DNA from: Eledone cirrhosa
Lineage: Eukaryota
Length of the DNA stretch: 64,000 nt
NCBI GenBank assembly: GCA_964016885.1
Contig: CAXHJY010000928.1
Location: forward strand, 372,001-436,000
Direction: 5' to 3'
Shown: positions 36,362 to 50,296 of the stretch, one piece after another
Layout of the letters: every line of letters starts with the position of its first letter
Position numbering within the stretch: position 1 is the stretch's first letter
Translations under genes and position numbers: made by a program
Notes under the pieces: model-generated
What the model was told of the DNA's origin: nothing
The model's database searches: none
What the model saw: only the letters and a program-made list of their open reading frames with translations

Positions 36362-37841
36362 TTAACAACGAATATAGTGAAGAGTTTAGCGTAAAAGTTA
36401 GTGTTCATCAGGGCTCCGTTCTTAGCCCCCTACTATTTATTATTGCCCTTCAGGCTATAACAGTGGAGTTCAAGCCCGGCTGCCCATGGGAACTCCTATA
36501 CGCAGATGATCTAACGCCCATAGCTGAATCAATGGCCGAACTAGAGAAGAAATTCCAAACATGGAAGCATGGCCTAGAATCAAAAGACCTTAAAATTAAC
36601 CTGGCTAAGACTAAAGTTCTAGTTTGTAGGAAGGAAAATAGGGCGCCGGTCCCATCCGGGAAATGGCCATGCTCAGTGTGTAGGAAAGGAGTCGGTAGAA
36701 ACTCTATTTTATGTCCCAAATGCAAAGTATGGGTGCATAAAAGATGTAGTGAAATCACAGGTAAGCTAACTAAGAACAGATTTTATATGTGGCCGGTGCT
36801 CTGGTGCAATAAGTAGCAGCAAGTGCCCACAGAATACTAGCTCTTTCAATTGCACAGATGGTTCTATAGAAATAGTAGACAGCTTCCGTTACCTGGGTGA
36901 CAAAATCAGCAGTGGGGGAGGGTGCTCTGAAAGTACAGTAGCTAGAGTCAGAACTGGATGGAAAAAGTTCAGAGAGCTTATACCACTATTGGCCGCTAAA
37001 GGGTTCTTCCATAAAAATGAAAGTCAGGCTATATGATGCCTGCATACGAACAGCAATGTTGCATGGCAGTGAGACATGGGCATTGTGTGCAGAGGATATA
37101 CGCAGACTAGAGAGGAACGAAGCTTGCATGCTCCGCTGGATGTGTAATAGTAATATACGTGAACGGCAACGCATAAACGAACTAAGGGAAAAATTAGAAA
37201 TAAGAGGGATCAGATATTGTTTACTCGAGAGAAGGCTACGTTGGTATGGTCACGTGATGCACATGAAAGACGACAGCTGTATAAAAAAGTACAGGGCAAT
37301 AAAAATAGACGGTAGCCACGGAGTAGGCAGACCCAGAAAAACCTGGGACGACTTGATAAATTCCGACCTCACATACTTACACCTCTCCAAAACAATGTCA
37401 CTGGACCGAGATCTTTGGCGCTACACAGTAATAGAGAAGACCCGCCTTACCTAAATACAAAGTAAAACCTACTACAGTCAGTAGGCACCTCTAACAAAAT
37501 ACATCCCCGTCCCATTACCCCCACCCCATCCACACCACCCCTTTCAATGTAAAGTTATGTTGGTACCACAACATCCAGCCCAAAACAAATGAGGTTGTGT
37601 AGGTATCACGACAAAAAAACACACAGTCCACGCTGTAATGTGGCCGTGTAAGTAACACGGTAAAAACCTCCCAGTTCCACACTCTAAATGTGGTTGGTGT
37701 TAGGAAGGGCATCCAGCCGTAGAAAACCAGCCAGACAGTCCTATGCGAGCAAGACAACCACTCTTGCCTCAAGTGGGGAAACTCCCGTCCAAACCCATGC
37801 AAGCGTGGAACATGGACGTTAAACGATGATGATGATGATGA
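36356..37841 (+). mobile_element. RTE-B 3' fragment, frameshifted
   Basis: [14 protein letters not shown]..; ORF 37017-37454; 3' UTR and GAT tail; TA repeats on both sides. Confidence 0.92.
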
Positions 37842-37925
37842 TATATATGTATATATATATATATATATGTATATGTATATATATGTATATGTATATATAT
37901 ATATATGTATATATATATGTATATG

Positions 37926-37974
<49 letters not shown>

Positions 37975-38011
37975 TTCTAAGATATATACATATATACATA
38001 TTTATATATAC

Positions 38012-38042
<31 letters not shown>

Positions 38043-38470
38043 CAATAATAATGATGGCTGCCCATTGCAAATGGTGCTGCATATGAAAAAGTGAGTCCTT
38101 CATCAGTGACCCTCCAACCGTCCTAGGCATTTCATCGCTTTAAGGGCCATATGCCTCAGGTTGGTGCGAACAACGGCTAAAAAAAGTCGTTGGGACACGT
38201 AAATAAAGGGGACGTTACGGTAACAAACAAAATGGTTTAAGCAACGGAAAGTGAGAAGAAATAGACAAGTCCCAGATCTCTATGAATATAAACTCGGTGA
38301 AATCGTGAACAAGAGACAAAAGAGCATCAAACCTGGTTGAAATGTGAGAAAGGAAGGAATTTCGCACAAGTCTAACGGGGGGGAAGAAGAAGAAGAAGAA
38401 GAAGAAGAAGAAGAAGGGGTCTGGTCTACGAATTCGGTAAACATAAGTATATATATATATATTTATACAC

Positions 38471-38541
<71 letters not shown>

Positions 38542-38637
38542 CATATATATATATACATATACATATATATATATACATACATATATATATATATATGTAT
38601 GTATATATATATGTATGTATATATATATATATGTATG

Positions 38638-38668
<31 letters not shown>

Positions 38669-38731
38669 GTATGTATATATATATGTATGTATATATATAT
38701 GTATGTATATATATATATGTATATATATATG

Positions 38732-38762
<31 letters not shown>

Positions 38763-38813
38763 GTATATATATATGTATATATATATATATGTATGTATAT
38801 ATATATATGTATG

Positions 38814-38882
<69 letters not shown>

Positions 38883-38997
38883 GTATATGTATATATATGT
38901 ATATATATGTATCTAAATACCATTCCCCCCCCCCCATCCACCACCCCTCCCTTGCCACTACCTAAATCTATAAATACCAGAACTTAATATGACATCC

Positions 38998-39048
38998 AGC
39001 TTCCTGAAGATTTCATCTGAATGAAACAGTACTAGTCCTGTAGAAGCT
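38998..39048 (+). ncRNA. Type-I hammerhead ribozyme
   Basis: AGCTTC CTGAAGA T TTCA TC TGAA T GAAA CAG TACTAGTC CTG TA GAAGCT; 6-bp stem I, 4-bp stem III, GUA triplet. Confidence 0.87.
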
Positions 39049-39134
39049 CCTTCTATAAAATAAAAAAATTTTACTCTGCCATGTATTGAGTACCTTACTT
39101 ACTGTGGTTATCCCCGACTCAACCCGGGACCTAC

Positions 39135-39176
<42 letters not shown>

Positions 39177-39219
39177 ATATATATATATATATGTATATGT
39201 ATATATATATATATGTATG

Positions 39220-39281
<62 letters not shown>

Positions 39282-39287
39282 TGTATG

Positions 39288-39318
<31 letters not shown>

Positions 39319-39319
39319 G

Positions 39320-39352
<33 letters not shown>

Positions 39353-39383
39353 GTATATATATATATATATGTATGTATGTATG

Positions 39384-39416
<33 letters not shown>

Positions 39417-39471
39417 GTATATATATATATATATATATGTATGTATATATATATATATGTATATATATATG

Positions 39472-39514
<43 letters not shown>

Positions 39515-39518
<4 letters not shown>

Positions 39519-40130
39519 CAGGTCACCAGTTGGTGATACTGGTAACATGTATCCCAGTACAACCTGTCCCATGGTCGGGTCGTTGGCGACTAAACTGGCA
39601 ACCCCACCAAGGTTTCTTGGTGAGGAGGGTGACTTTGGACATCCTGCAGGACTAAAAACAAAACCTGTCAAAGGGCAAAGGAGCTCTTTAGAGTCAATGG
39701 CCATCCAAAATCACTGGGAGAGATGACCCTTTAGCCTTTGTCAAGGCAGAATTCTAGGAGAAGGAAAATTCTGATATAACACCTGCAACCCTGATGGTAT
39801 CCAATGATGTTGACTTGTTCTTCTTTTTGGTAAATATTATCTTGGTTAAGAGAGTGGGACTGGCTTTGTGCAGTGCCTTTGCTCACTATAAAAGCTTCAT
39901 GGCACAGGCATTGCTTTATATCTGGAGATCTCTGAACTCTCTGCACTTGTCGTCACATGGTACCATGGGCCCAGCTCTATGTGTCAATAATTGTCACAGG
40001 TGTAGTGTTTGTACCAGAGTTTTCAAGTCGCTGGCTGGACTAAAAAGTCACACTCGTTCAGCGCATTGGTAGGGGTTCTCCTACATGGATATAAAGTAGT
40101 GGCCGTACTCGAAAACGAGGGGCAGCCACC
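39515..40130 (+). mobile_element. Probable non-autonomous LINE (RTE-like) derivative: structured leader joined to a C2H2-coding 3' end
   Basis: Encodes [22 protein letters not shown] at ~40001-40072; terminal hairpin CTCG-AAAA-CGAG; TA flanks. Confidence 0.55.
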
Positions 40131-40323
40131 ATATATATATGTATGTATGTATATATATATATCTATGTATATATATGTATATATATATATATGTATATAT
40201 ATATATCTATGTATATATATGTATATATATATATATGTATATGTATGTATGTATATATATATATCTATGTATATATATGTATATATATATATATGTATAT
40301 ATATATATCTATGTATATATATG

Positions 40324-40354
<31 letters not shown>

Positions 40355-40411
40355 GTATGTATGTATATATATATATATATATGTATATATATGTATATAT
40401 ATATATATATG

Positions 40412-40464
<53 letters not shown>

Positions 40465-40560
40465 GTATATATATAACTTTGAATAACTTTGAAATGTTTT
40501 GGCCAGTATTGGCCCAGGCCATGTCTAACTTAATAGCACCACCTGGCGAAGTCTTTCAAT

Positions 40561-43500
40561 TCAGGTTTTGGGCACCATGGCCCATTCGAGAAGAGAATTA
40601 CTGTTTGCGGAGACATATCCGGGTGTGGGTGGTTTGTCCGGGATTACTTGGAGGAATTTGTCCAAAGACTTCTTGAATTTTGTGTGGTCAGTTTCTGTTT
40701 TGACGTGTCCTGGTGTGATGTTGAAGAGAGCAGGGCCGATTGAGGTGAAATAATTGTGCCGTATTGTTGTTATGAGTTGCGATTTAGATTTTTGAATGGG
40801 ACGGATAGCACGGGGCCCAAGCCTTGGGTGTATCTTGAAGGCGATGCCAACATCATTTGGGCAGTGATGATGGAACATTTTCCACATCATGCAGAAAATA
40901 TAACGCTCACGGCGACGTTGGAGTGAGTAAAGTTTCAGGTTTTCTAATCGACCCCAGTAGTCAAGGTCTGACATGCCATCTATCTTTTTCGTGATTGCCC
41001 TTTGAGGAGCTTCAAGTTTCATGATACTTTGTTTCGTGTGGGGAGACCACAGTGGACAACAGTATTCAAGGTGTGGTCGGGCAAAAGTAGAGAAGAGAAG
41101 GATAATGGTGCGGGAATCTCTCGACTGGAAGGTTCTGAGGATCCAGGAACACATTCTGCGGGCCATGTCAACTTTGCTGCTTATATGCGTGGTCCAGCTT
41201 ATGTTGCTGTCCACGGTTACTCCCAAGTCTCTGATGTTGTTAGATGCCACGAGAGTTTCCCCGGAGGGAAGGGAGTACGGGAGTTTCAGAGCATCCTCTT
41301 TTCCAAAGTGGATCAGTTCGAATTTGTCTTCGTTCAGTAACATGTTGTTCTTTTCTGCCCATTGGGTAACAGCCAGTAGGTCTGACTGAAGGCTTATCCG
41401 GTCATCCACGCCATTGATGACCTTTTGGAGCTTGGAATCATCAGCGAAAATTTTAATGTTGCTGTGTTTGATGATGTCAGTGATGTCATTAATATAGATG
41501 ATGAAGAGAAGTGGGCCCAACACAGTGCCTTGTGGGACCCCACTACTGACTTTGGCTGGGCTTGATTTGACTCCCTCAACTACAACATGTTGGGTTCTGT
41601 TTGACAGGAAGCTCTTGATCCACTGCAGCAGCTTTCCAGTGACACCAATATTGGACAGCTTTCTCAGTAGAATCTTATGATCAACCCTGTCAAAGGCCTT
41701 GCTGAAATCAAGGTAGATAACATCAGTGTTGGAACCCTCTCCCAAGGCTCTCAAAATGTCATCAAAGTGATGCAGTAGCTGCGTCAGGCAATCCCTTCCA
41801 TTACGGAATCCATGCTGGTTGGAGTTCAGCATATTGTTACTCTCAAGGAAGTGGGTCATTCGCGATCTCACCACTCTCTCAAATACCTTAATGATATGAG
41901 AGGTGAGTGAGATTGGACGGTAATTCACGGCAAGGGATTTGTTTCCCTTTTTGAAAACTGGGACAACAGACTGGGATAGAAGGTTTTCTGGCACATATCC
42001 AGCATCCAGTGAGTTCCGCCACAGATTGGCAAGAGGAGATGCAAGTTGGTGTTGACACGCCTTCAAGACACAAGCAGGGAACCTATCGGGACCTACTGCT
42101 GAATTATGCTTGATTTCCTTTATTGCCGCCAAGACATCAGGGGCGCCAAACGTTATGTCCGATAAGGTGTAATGGGGAGTAACATCGCCGATACAGCCCA
42201 GATCGGCCATATCAGGATTGCTGAAAACAGAGCAGTATTGTTTCTGCAGTATCTCACCCATGGTTATAGCATTGTCTTGAAGAGTGCCATTTTCATCAAT
42301 TAGAGGGCCAACAGTAGAGCCAGTGATTTTGTGTTTTTTTGCAAATGAAAAGAACACTTTGGGATTGAGTTTGATCTTCTCAATGGCCCAGGCCTCTTCA
42401 GCTCTTCTCTGATTGTTGATGAGGGACATTATGTTGTTTTGGAGGTTATGTTTTTTAATCTCTAGTGATGAAATGGCAGTCAAGTTGATGTGTTGCTGCT
42501 GACAGTATTTCAGCTTGTTGATTTTTTTGTTCGTTGTCTTAATTTTTCTGATGAGCGTTTTTCTATTTCTAGGGATTCTGCTCTTAGATTTGTTTATAGT
42601 TCTTAATGGGGTGTGTTTAGCACATATGTTTGTAACAGTGTCCACAAATGTCTGCCAGGACTTTTTGATGTTAGTGGGTGTATGAGTGTGCGTGAAGGAC
42701 CAGTCGACATGTGCAAGATCATGACTGATCGCTTCCCAGTTTGCATTGTGGAAATCCATAGCGTCAAACGGATGGACAGGAGAGATGACATTGGGTTTGT
42801 ATATTGGACGGTGGAATCTCAGATCACAGAGAACCATGTCATGATCAGAGAGTAGAGTTTTCTCCACTACAATATTGTGGATATTGTCAGTGTGATTGCT
42901 GAAAATTAAGTCTAGGACGTTTTTGTGGCACCTCGTTGGTTCTAGCACCAGTTGGGATAGGAAGAAATCATCCATGAAGTCAAGAAGCGATTCCACAGCT
43001 TCCCTGTCAGAGGTTGAGGCAGAAGAACCTGGTGGCAGGCTGTTTGTGGACCAGTCAACTCCGGGGAGGTTGAAGTCCCCCATCATTAAGATGTTGTCAG
43101 GGTGACACTCTTGGATGAAACACTTTATGCTGTTGAGGCATTCCTTGAAGCATGGTACAGGCGTTTGGGGTGGCCTATAGAGCCCAACTACTAATAGGTT
43201 GTTGGTTTGACTGAATACAGTGACTGCTTCACAGTATCCATTAGTGAATATGTTCATAGCCTCTGTTGAGAAAGAATTATGGACATAAATGGCAGTTCCG
43301 CCCTTTCTTCTGCCAGCGCGATCAGCACAGATGGCTTTGAAATTTTTCACTTTCACCTCGGCTTCCAAGTGGAGGTTACTGAGATGGGTTTCAGTGAGGA
43401 CGAAGAAAGGGATGTGGTTTGGATGGACATCAATCCAGTCCTCCAGGAATTTGATCTTCCATTTTTGAGTATTGGTGGAAGGGCTGATGCCTTGGGCGTT

Positions 43501-43581
43501 AAGCAAAAATGTAGAAGCGAGAGTGGATGGTTTTAATTGTTTTGGTGTGTTGTTAATTTGTTTGTTTGTTAATGGCAGCAA
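40561..43581 (-). CDS. CR1-group ORF2: AP endonuclease + reverse transcriptase (1006 aa)
   Basis: LNAQG, LTETHL, LYRPP, MGDFN, LDLIF, SDH; [25 protein letters not shown]; RPHLEYC..W.P; uninterrupted. Confidence 0.95.
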   Translation of the reverse strand: MLPLTNKQINNTPKQLKPSTLASTFLLNAQGISPSTNTQKWKIKFLEDWIDVHPNHIPFFVLTETHLSNLHLEAEVKVKNFKAICADRAGRRKGGTAIYVHNSFSTEAMNIFTNGYCEAVTVFSQTNNLLVVGLYRPPQTPVPCFKECLNSIKCFIQECHPDNILMMGDFNLPGVDWSTNSLPPGSSASTSDREAVESLLDFMDDFFLSQLVLEPTRCHKNVLDLIFSNHTDNIHNIVVEKTLLSDHDMVLCDLRFHRPIYKPNVISPVHPFDAMDFHNANWEAISHDLAHVDWSFTHTHTPTNIKKSWQTFVDTVTNICAKHTPLRTINKSKSRIPRNRKTLIRKIKTTNKKINKLKYCQQQHINLTAISSLEIKKHNLQNNIMSLINNQRRAEEAWAIEKIKLNPKVFFSFAKKHKITGSTVGPLIDENGTLQDNAITMGEILQKQYCSVFSNPDMADLGCIGDVTPHYTLSDITFGAPDVLAAIKEIKHNSAVGPDRFPACVLKACQHQLASPLANLWRNSLDAGYVPENLLSQSVVPVFKKGNKSLAVNYRPISLTSHIIKVFERVVRSRMTHFLESNNMLNSNQHGFRNGRDCLTQLLHHFDDILRALGEGSNTDVIYLDFSKAFDRVDHKILLRKLSNIGVTGKLLQWIKSFLSNRTQHVVVEGVKSSPAKVSSGVPQGTVLGPLLFIIYINDITDIIKHSNIKIFADDSKLQKVINGVDDRISLQSDLLAVTQWAEKNNMLLNEDKFELIHFGKEDALKLPYSLPSGETLVASNNIRDLGVTVDSNISWTTHISSKVDMARRMCSWILRTFQSRDSRTIILLFSTFARPHLEYCCPLWSPHTKQSIMKLEAPQRAITKKIDGMSDLDYWGRLENLKLYSLQRRRERYIFCMMWKMFHHHCPNDVGIAFKIHPRLGPRAIRPIQKSKSQLITTIRHNYFTSIGPALFNITPGHVKTETDHTKFKKSLDKFLQVIPDKPPTPGYVSANSNSLLEWAMVPKT

Positions 43582-44333
43582 TGGGAGTTTGTGCAGTGGG
43601 GTGATAGTGGAGGGTGGTGCTGGGTGATAGCTCGAATGTTTTTTTCCAGTTCTTTTGCCAGATTCATTATGGCTAAAAAAGAGGAAGGAGTTTCCTGTTT
43701 AGAAGACTGTTGGTGACTGTGGTAGTGGTTATTTTTATGTAGGTTATGGTTTTTGTTTTTGCTTTTATTTTTAATTTTATTTTCATTTGTCCGACGGGTC
43801 CCCGGGAGATGGGTAAAGGGACAATCCCGGTCTAAACACAATCTGTCTCGCAGGGAAAAGCGGCAGATTTGTGGATTCCTTGTTTGAGTTATTGGTGGTT
43901 GTGTTGGTGTTAAATTAGAGTATGTATTATGGTGGTGGCTGTTTGTGGGGATAGATCGTTTTGTCCTAGGTAAATGGGTGAATTTGCAGCCACTATCCGT
44001 ACATATTCTATAGCGTAGAGAGTAGCGGCAAATGATGGGGTTTCGAGTGGGTGGGTATGTGGGTGTGTGTGTTGTGAGAGGTGTAGATGATGGTTTGGGT
44101 AGGATTTGACGACCTTTGTGGACTGTGGGAGGGAGAGTTCTTGTTCTGGTATTAGAAGGTAAATTCCTTGACATAGCAGTAGACAAAAATGTTGTAGTAG
44201 TAGTAGTAGTAGTAGGCAGAGATGTTGGCAGTGGTGATGATTGGACTGCTGGGCCAGAGAAAGGATGTGGCGTTTCATGCTGTGAGACAGAGGCTACTGG
44301 GGGGTCAATAGTTTCATTTAGTAGATCGGCCAT
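43569..44333 (-). CDS. LINE ORF1 with two CCCH zinc fingers (254 aa)
   Basis: [19 protein letters not shown] and [19 protein letters not shown]; overlaps the ORF2 start by 13 nt. Confidence 0.8.
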   Translation of the reverse strand: MADLLNETIDPPVASVSQHETPHPFSGPAVQSSPLPTSLPTTTTTTTTFLSTAMSRNLPSNTRTRTLPPTVHKGRQILPKPSSTPLTTHTPTYPPTRNPIICRYSLRYRICTDSGCKFTHLPRTKRSIPTNSHHHNTYSNLTPTQPPITQTRNPQICRFSLRDRLCLDRDCPFTHLPGTRRTNENKIKNKSKNKNHNLHKNNHYHSHQQSSKQETPSSFLAIMNLAKELEKNIRAITQHHPPLSPHCTNSHCCH

Positions 44334-44496
44334 TGTTGATTAATCAAGGAGTGGTTCACACTGTTGTTGTCGTTGTTGTTGTTGTTGTTGCTGTTGTTGA
44401 TGTTGTTGTTGTAGCTGTTGTTGTTGCCGTTGTAGCTGCTGTTGTTGTTGTTGCTGCTGCTGGACAGCATTCGAAGAAGAAAAAACACACCGTAGT

Positions 44497-45587
<1,091 letters not shown>

Positions 45588-45992
45588 AAGCCGACCTTAC
45601 CCAACTACACCTCTCAAAGTCAATGACACACGACCGTGACTTCTGGCGTCACGCAGTAATACAGGGTACCCGACCTCCCATGGGTACATGCTGAAGCATA
45701 TGAACAATATGCCCCCCCCCCCCCACCGCAAGGTGGTCGTGGAGGTGCCACGGCAAAAAAGCACCCAGCCCACACTGTAAAGTGGACGTGTAGGCGCCAC
45801 GAAAAAGCACCCAGCACTCACTGTAAATGAGGTTGGTGTTAGGAAGGGCATCCAGCTGTAGAAATCAAGCCAGATCAGTTCCTGTATGAGCAAGGCATGG
45901 TCAGCCGACCAGACACTGCACACAACAGGACAACACGTCTAACCCATGCTAGCGTGGAAGAACGGACGTAAAACGGTGATGATGATGATGAT
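45588..45992 (+). mobile_element. RTE-A 3' end fragment
   Basis: Near-identical reverse complement of 15144-15552. Confidence 0.92.
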
Positions 45993-46038
45993 ATATATAT
46001 ATATATGTATGTATGTATATATATCTATGTATATATAA

Positions 46039-46098
<60 letters not shown>

Positions 46099-46127
46099 AT
46101 ATATATGTATGTATATATATATGTATG

Positions 46128-46167
<40 letters not shown>

Positions 46168-46207
46168 TGTATCTATGTATATATATATATATCTATGTAT
46201 ATATATG

Positions 46208-46270
<63 letters not shown>

Positions 46271-46451
46271 ATATATATATCTATGTGTATGTATGTATAT
46301 ATATATATCTATGTGTATGTATGTATATATATATATCTATGTGTATGTATGTATATATATATATCTATGTGTATGTATGTATATATATATATCTATGTGT
46401 ATGTATGTATATATATATATCTATGTATATATATGTATATATATATACATG

Positions 46452-46483
<32 letters not shown>

Positions 46484-46547
46484 TATCTATGTATATATAT
46501 GTATGTATATATATATATCTATGTATATATATGTATATATATATATG

Positions 46548-46601
<54 letters not shown>

Positions 46602-46786
46602 GATAAATCTACCAAGAGTTTACGGTAGTGTCCAATCCGTATGAAGAACTCAATGTATTCCGGATATCATGGGAAGAAGAGATGTAATGAAAATCCACTT
46701 TCGGTGAAAGATAAACGGTATACAGAGTCAAGATAAAATATTAAACAAATAATGAACAAACAATTCCTTATATTAAACAAAAAAAG

Positions 46787-46941
46787 TTCACTATTTAACG
46801 ATCGTTTCTAGGGTATATATGTGTTATAATTGGTATGCATATTCAACAGATCTATGTACAAAATTATACAAAATTATACAAATTATCAAGATTAAATATA
46901 CATACCTAACACATATATACGCCGTCTTCAGAAATAATGAA
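46787..46941 (-). ncRNA. Long-stem-II hammerhead, inverted copy
   Basis: Reverse complement of 49799-49953. Confidence 0.75.
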
Positions 46942-47760
46942 GTATATTTATTGATAATAACAACAATTCAAAATATCAGTTCAAAATTGACCAATGAAAA
47001 CACAAAGGGTTAAAAGCAGTTTGGTGTGTGTATATACATGTAAAATCCTTACACATATTTTACAATAATGTGTGTATAATTTGTATGTGCATACTAAAAA
47101 GATGGATGCAAACACAAAATTTCAAGGTTAAAATCTCTGTAAGCTTAATGCGCTGATAAGATGCGCAATGATACTTATGGAGTCAAGCATATAAATATAT
47201 TTTTTTCATACTCACACATATCAGTATAATCACACATACATGCGCGTATATGCATAAATATACACATAACCACGAACATACAAACACACACACTCCCCCA
47301 CTCACATTTATATATGTGGATATAAAATCATAAGCAAATAGAAATTAAGTCACTCACATAAAACACTGGCACACACATTTCAAGATCAAGATACAGAAAT
47401 TAGGTGGGAGGGGGGGGGGGAGGGGTCAGTATTAGATTGTCAGAGCAGACTGCCTAATATAAATGTATCTATAAATTAAGAAAAATAAAAAAATAAAAAC
47501 AATAAAATATAATAAATATAATATAATGTACATACACATACAGATATACATACACATACATACATGTAAGCGCACATAGAGATATTTACGCATACACACA
47601 TACGTATACAGTCATACACACACATACACTTACACGAACATACACATACACATATAAAAAGATATATATACACACACACACACACGCGCAACACATACAC
47701 ACATACACATATATATAAAAAATAGATAATAAAGATATATATCCATATATATATATATAT

Positions 47761-47819
<59 letters not shown>

Positions 47820-47908
47820 TATACACATACATACCCATACATCTAAATATACATACACATACATACACACATACATGTATATACATGTACATACATATAC
47901 GCACATCG

Positions 47909-47961
<53 letters not shown>

Positions 47962-48298
47962 CACTCACATAGACATAAAGATACATACACACACAACTTA
48001 CATACACACGCATATATATATATATATATATACATAGATGTACCTTCATACATAGAATTAGATATATAATCATACATACATATGCACCTACTTATACTCA
48101 TATAAATAAATACATACGCTTCCATATATGTGTATACACATAAAAAACAATACCACCTCACCAAACTCAGACATACAAATGAAAATAATAATAAAAAAAC
48201 GCATATGTATATACATACACACACGCATTAATAGAGATATATATATATACACACATACATACACACACATATATATACATACACACACATATATACAT

Positions 48299-48377
<79 letters not shown>

Positions 48378-48384
48378 TAGACTC

Positions 48385-48415
<31 letters not shown>

Positions 48416-48775
48416 AACATATATATCCACACACTCATACCACCATAAATACACATACAAACACCCACATGTATATATATATATATATATATATCCACAT
48501 CTCTATTAATGCGTGTGTGTATGTATATACATATGCGTTTTTTTATTATTATTTTCATTTGTATGTCTGAGTTTGGTGAGGTGGTATTGTTTTTTATGTG
48601 TATACACATATATGGAAGCGTATGTATTTATTTATATGAGTATAAGTAGGTGCATATGTATGTATGATTATATATCTAATTCTATGTATGAAGGTACATC
48701 TATGTATATATATATATATATATATGCGTGTGTATGTAAGTTGTGTGTGTATGTATCTTTATGTCTATGTGAGTG

Positions 48776-48826
<51 letters not shown>

Positions 48827-48915
48827 CGATGTGCGTATATGTATGTACATGTATATACATGTATGTGTGTATGTATGTGTATGTATATTTAGATGTATGG
48901 GTATGTATGTGTATA

Positions 48916-48990
<75 letters not shown>

Positions 48991-49798
48991 GGATATATAT
49001 CTTTATTATCTATTTTTTATATATATGTGTATGTGTGTATGTGTTGCGCGTGTGTGTGTGTGTGTATATATATCTTTTTATATGTGTATGTGTATGTTCG
49101 TGTAAGTGTATGTGTGTGTATGACTGTATACGTATGTGTGTATGTGTGTATGCGTAAATATCTCTATGTGCGCTTACATGTATGTATGTGTATGTATATC
49201 TGTATGTGTATGTACATTATATTATATTTATTATATTTTATTGTTTTTATTTTTTTATTTTTCTTAATTTATAGATACATTTATATTAGGCAGTCTGCTC
49301 TGACAATCTAATACTGACCCCTCCCCCCCCTCCCACCTAATTTCTGTATCTTGATCTTGAAATGTGTGTGCCAGTGTTTTATGTGAGTGACTTAATTTCT
49401 ATTTGCTTATGATTTTATATCCACATATATAAATGTGAGTGGGGGAGTGTGTGTGTTTGTATGTTCGTGGTTATGTGTATATTTATGCATATACGCGCAT
49501 GTATGTGTGATTATACTGATATGTGTGAGTATGAAAAAAATATATTTATATGCTTGACTCCATAAGTATCATTGCGCATCTTATCAGCGCATTAAGCTTA
49601 CAGAGATTTTAACCTTGAAATTTTGTGTTTGCATCCATCTTTTTAGTATGCACATACAAATTATACACACATTATTGTAAAATATGTGTAAGGATTTTAC
49701 ATGTATATACACACACCAAACTGCTTTTAACCCTTTGTGTTTTCATTGGTCAATTTTGAACTGATATTTTGAATTGTTGTTATTATCAATAAATATAC

Positions 49799-49953
49799 TT
49801 CATTATTTCTGAAGACGGCGTATATATGTGTTAGGTATGTATATTTAATCTTGATAATTTGTATAATTTTGTATAATTTTGTACATAGATCTGTTGAATA
49901 TGCATACCAATTATAACACATATATACCCTAGAAACGATCGTTAAATAGTGAA
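49799..49953 (+). ncRNA. Type-I hammerhead with a ~116-nt stem II
   Basis: TTCATTATTT CTGAAGA [116-nt hairpin] GAAA CGATCG TT AAATAGTGAA; 10-bp stem I, palindromic stem III. Confidence 0.78.
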
Positions 49954-50296
49954 CTTTTTTTGTTTAATATAAGGAATTGTTTGTTCATTATTTGTTTAAT
50001 ATTTTATCTTGACTCTGTATACCGTTTATCTTTCACCGAAAGTGGATTTTCATTACATCTCTTCTTCCCATGATATCCGGAATACATTGAGTTCTTCATA
50101 CGGATTGGACACTACCGTAAACTCTTGGTAGATTTATCTACATAATTTTGCTCCTATTTTCACGGAAATATTCGTATTTTTGTACTGTATGTGTGTATTA
50201 ATTTTATATTTATGTATAAACATATATATATGTATGATTTTGTAAACCCATATACATTTAGTTGAGCTCTTTCAATTGTCCATCATCCATATCAAA

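Larger units (their letters stand above)
40475..44498 (-). mobile_element. Apparently full-length CR1-group LINE
   Basis: Two overlapping ORFs, a short 3' UTR with a TTCAAAGTT(A) repeat tail, a (CAA)-rich 5' leader, and TA microsatellites on both sides. Confidence 0.9.

Noticed and set aside
38095-38112. CTGATGA on the minus strand
   Set aside because: No correctly placed stem II, GAAA or cleavage triplet.
46819-47013. Identical 64-aa ORF present three times
   Set aside because: Antisense frame across the pLTR/hammerhead; the identity reflects recent duplication.
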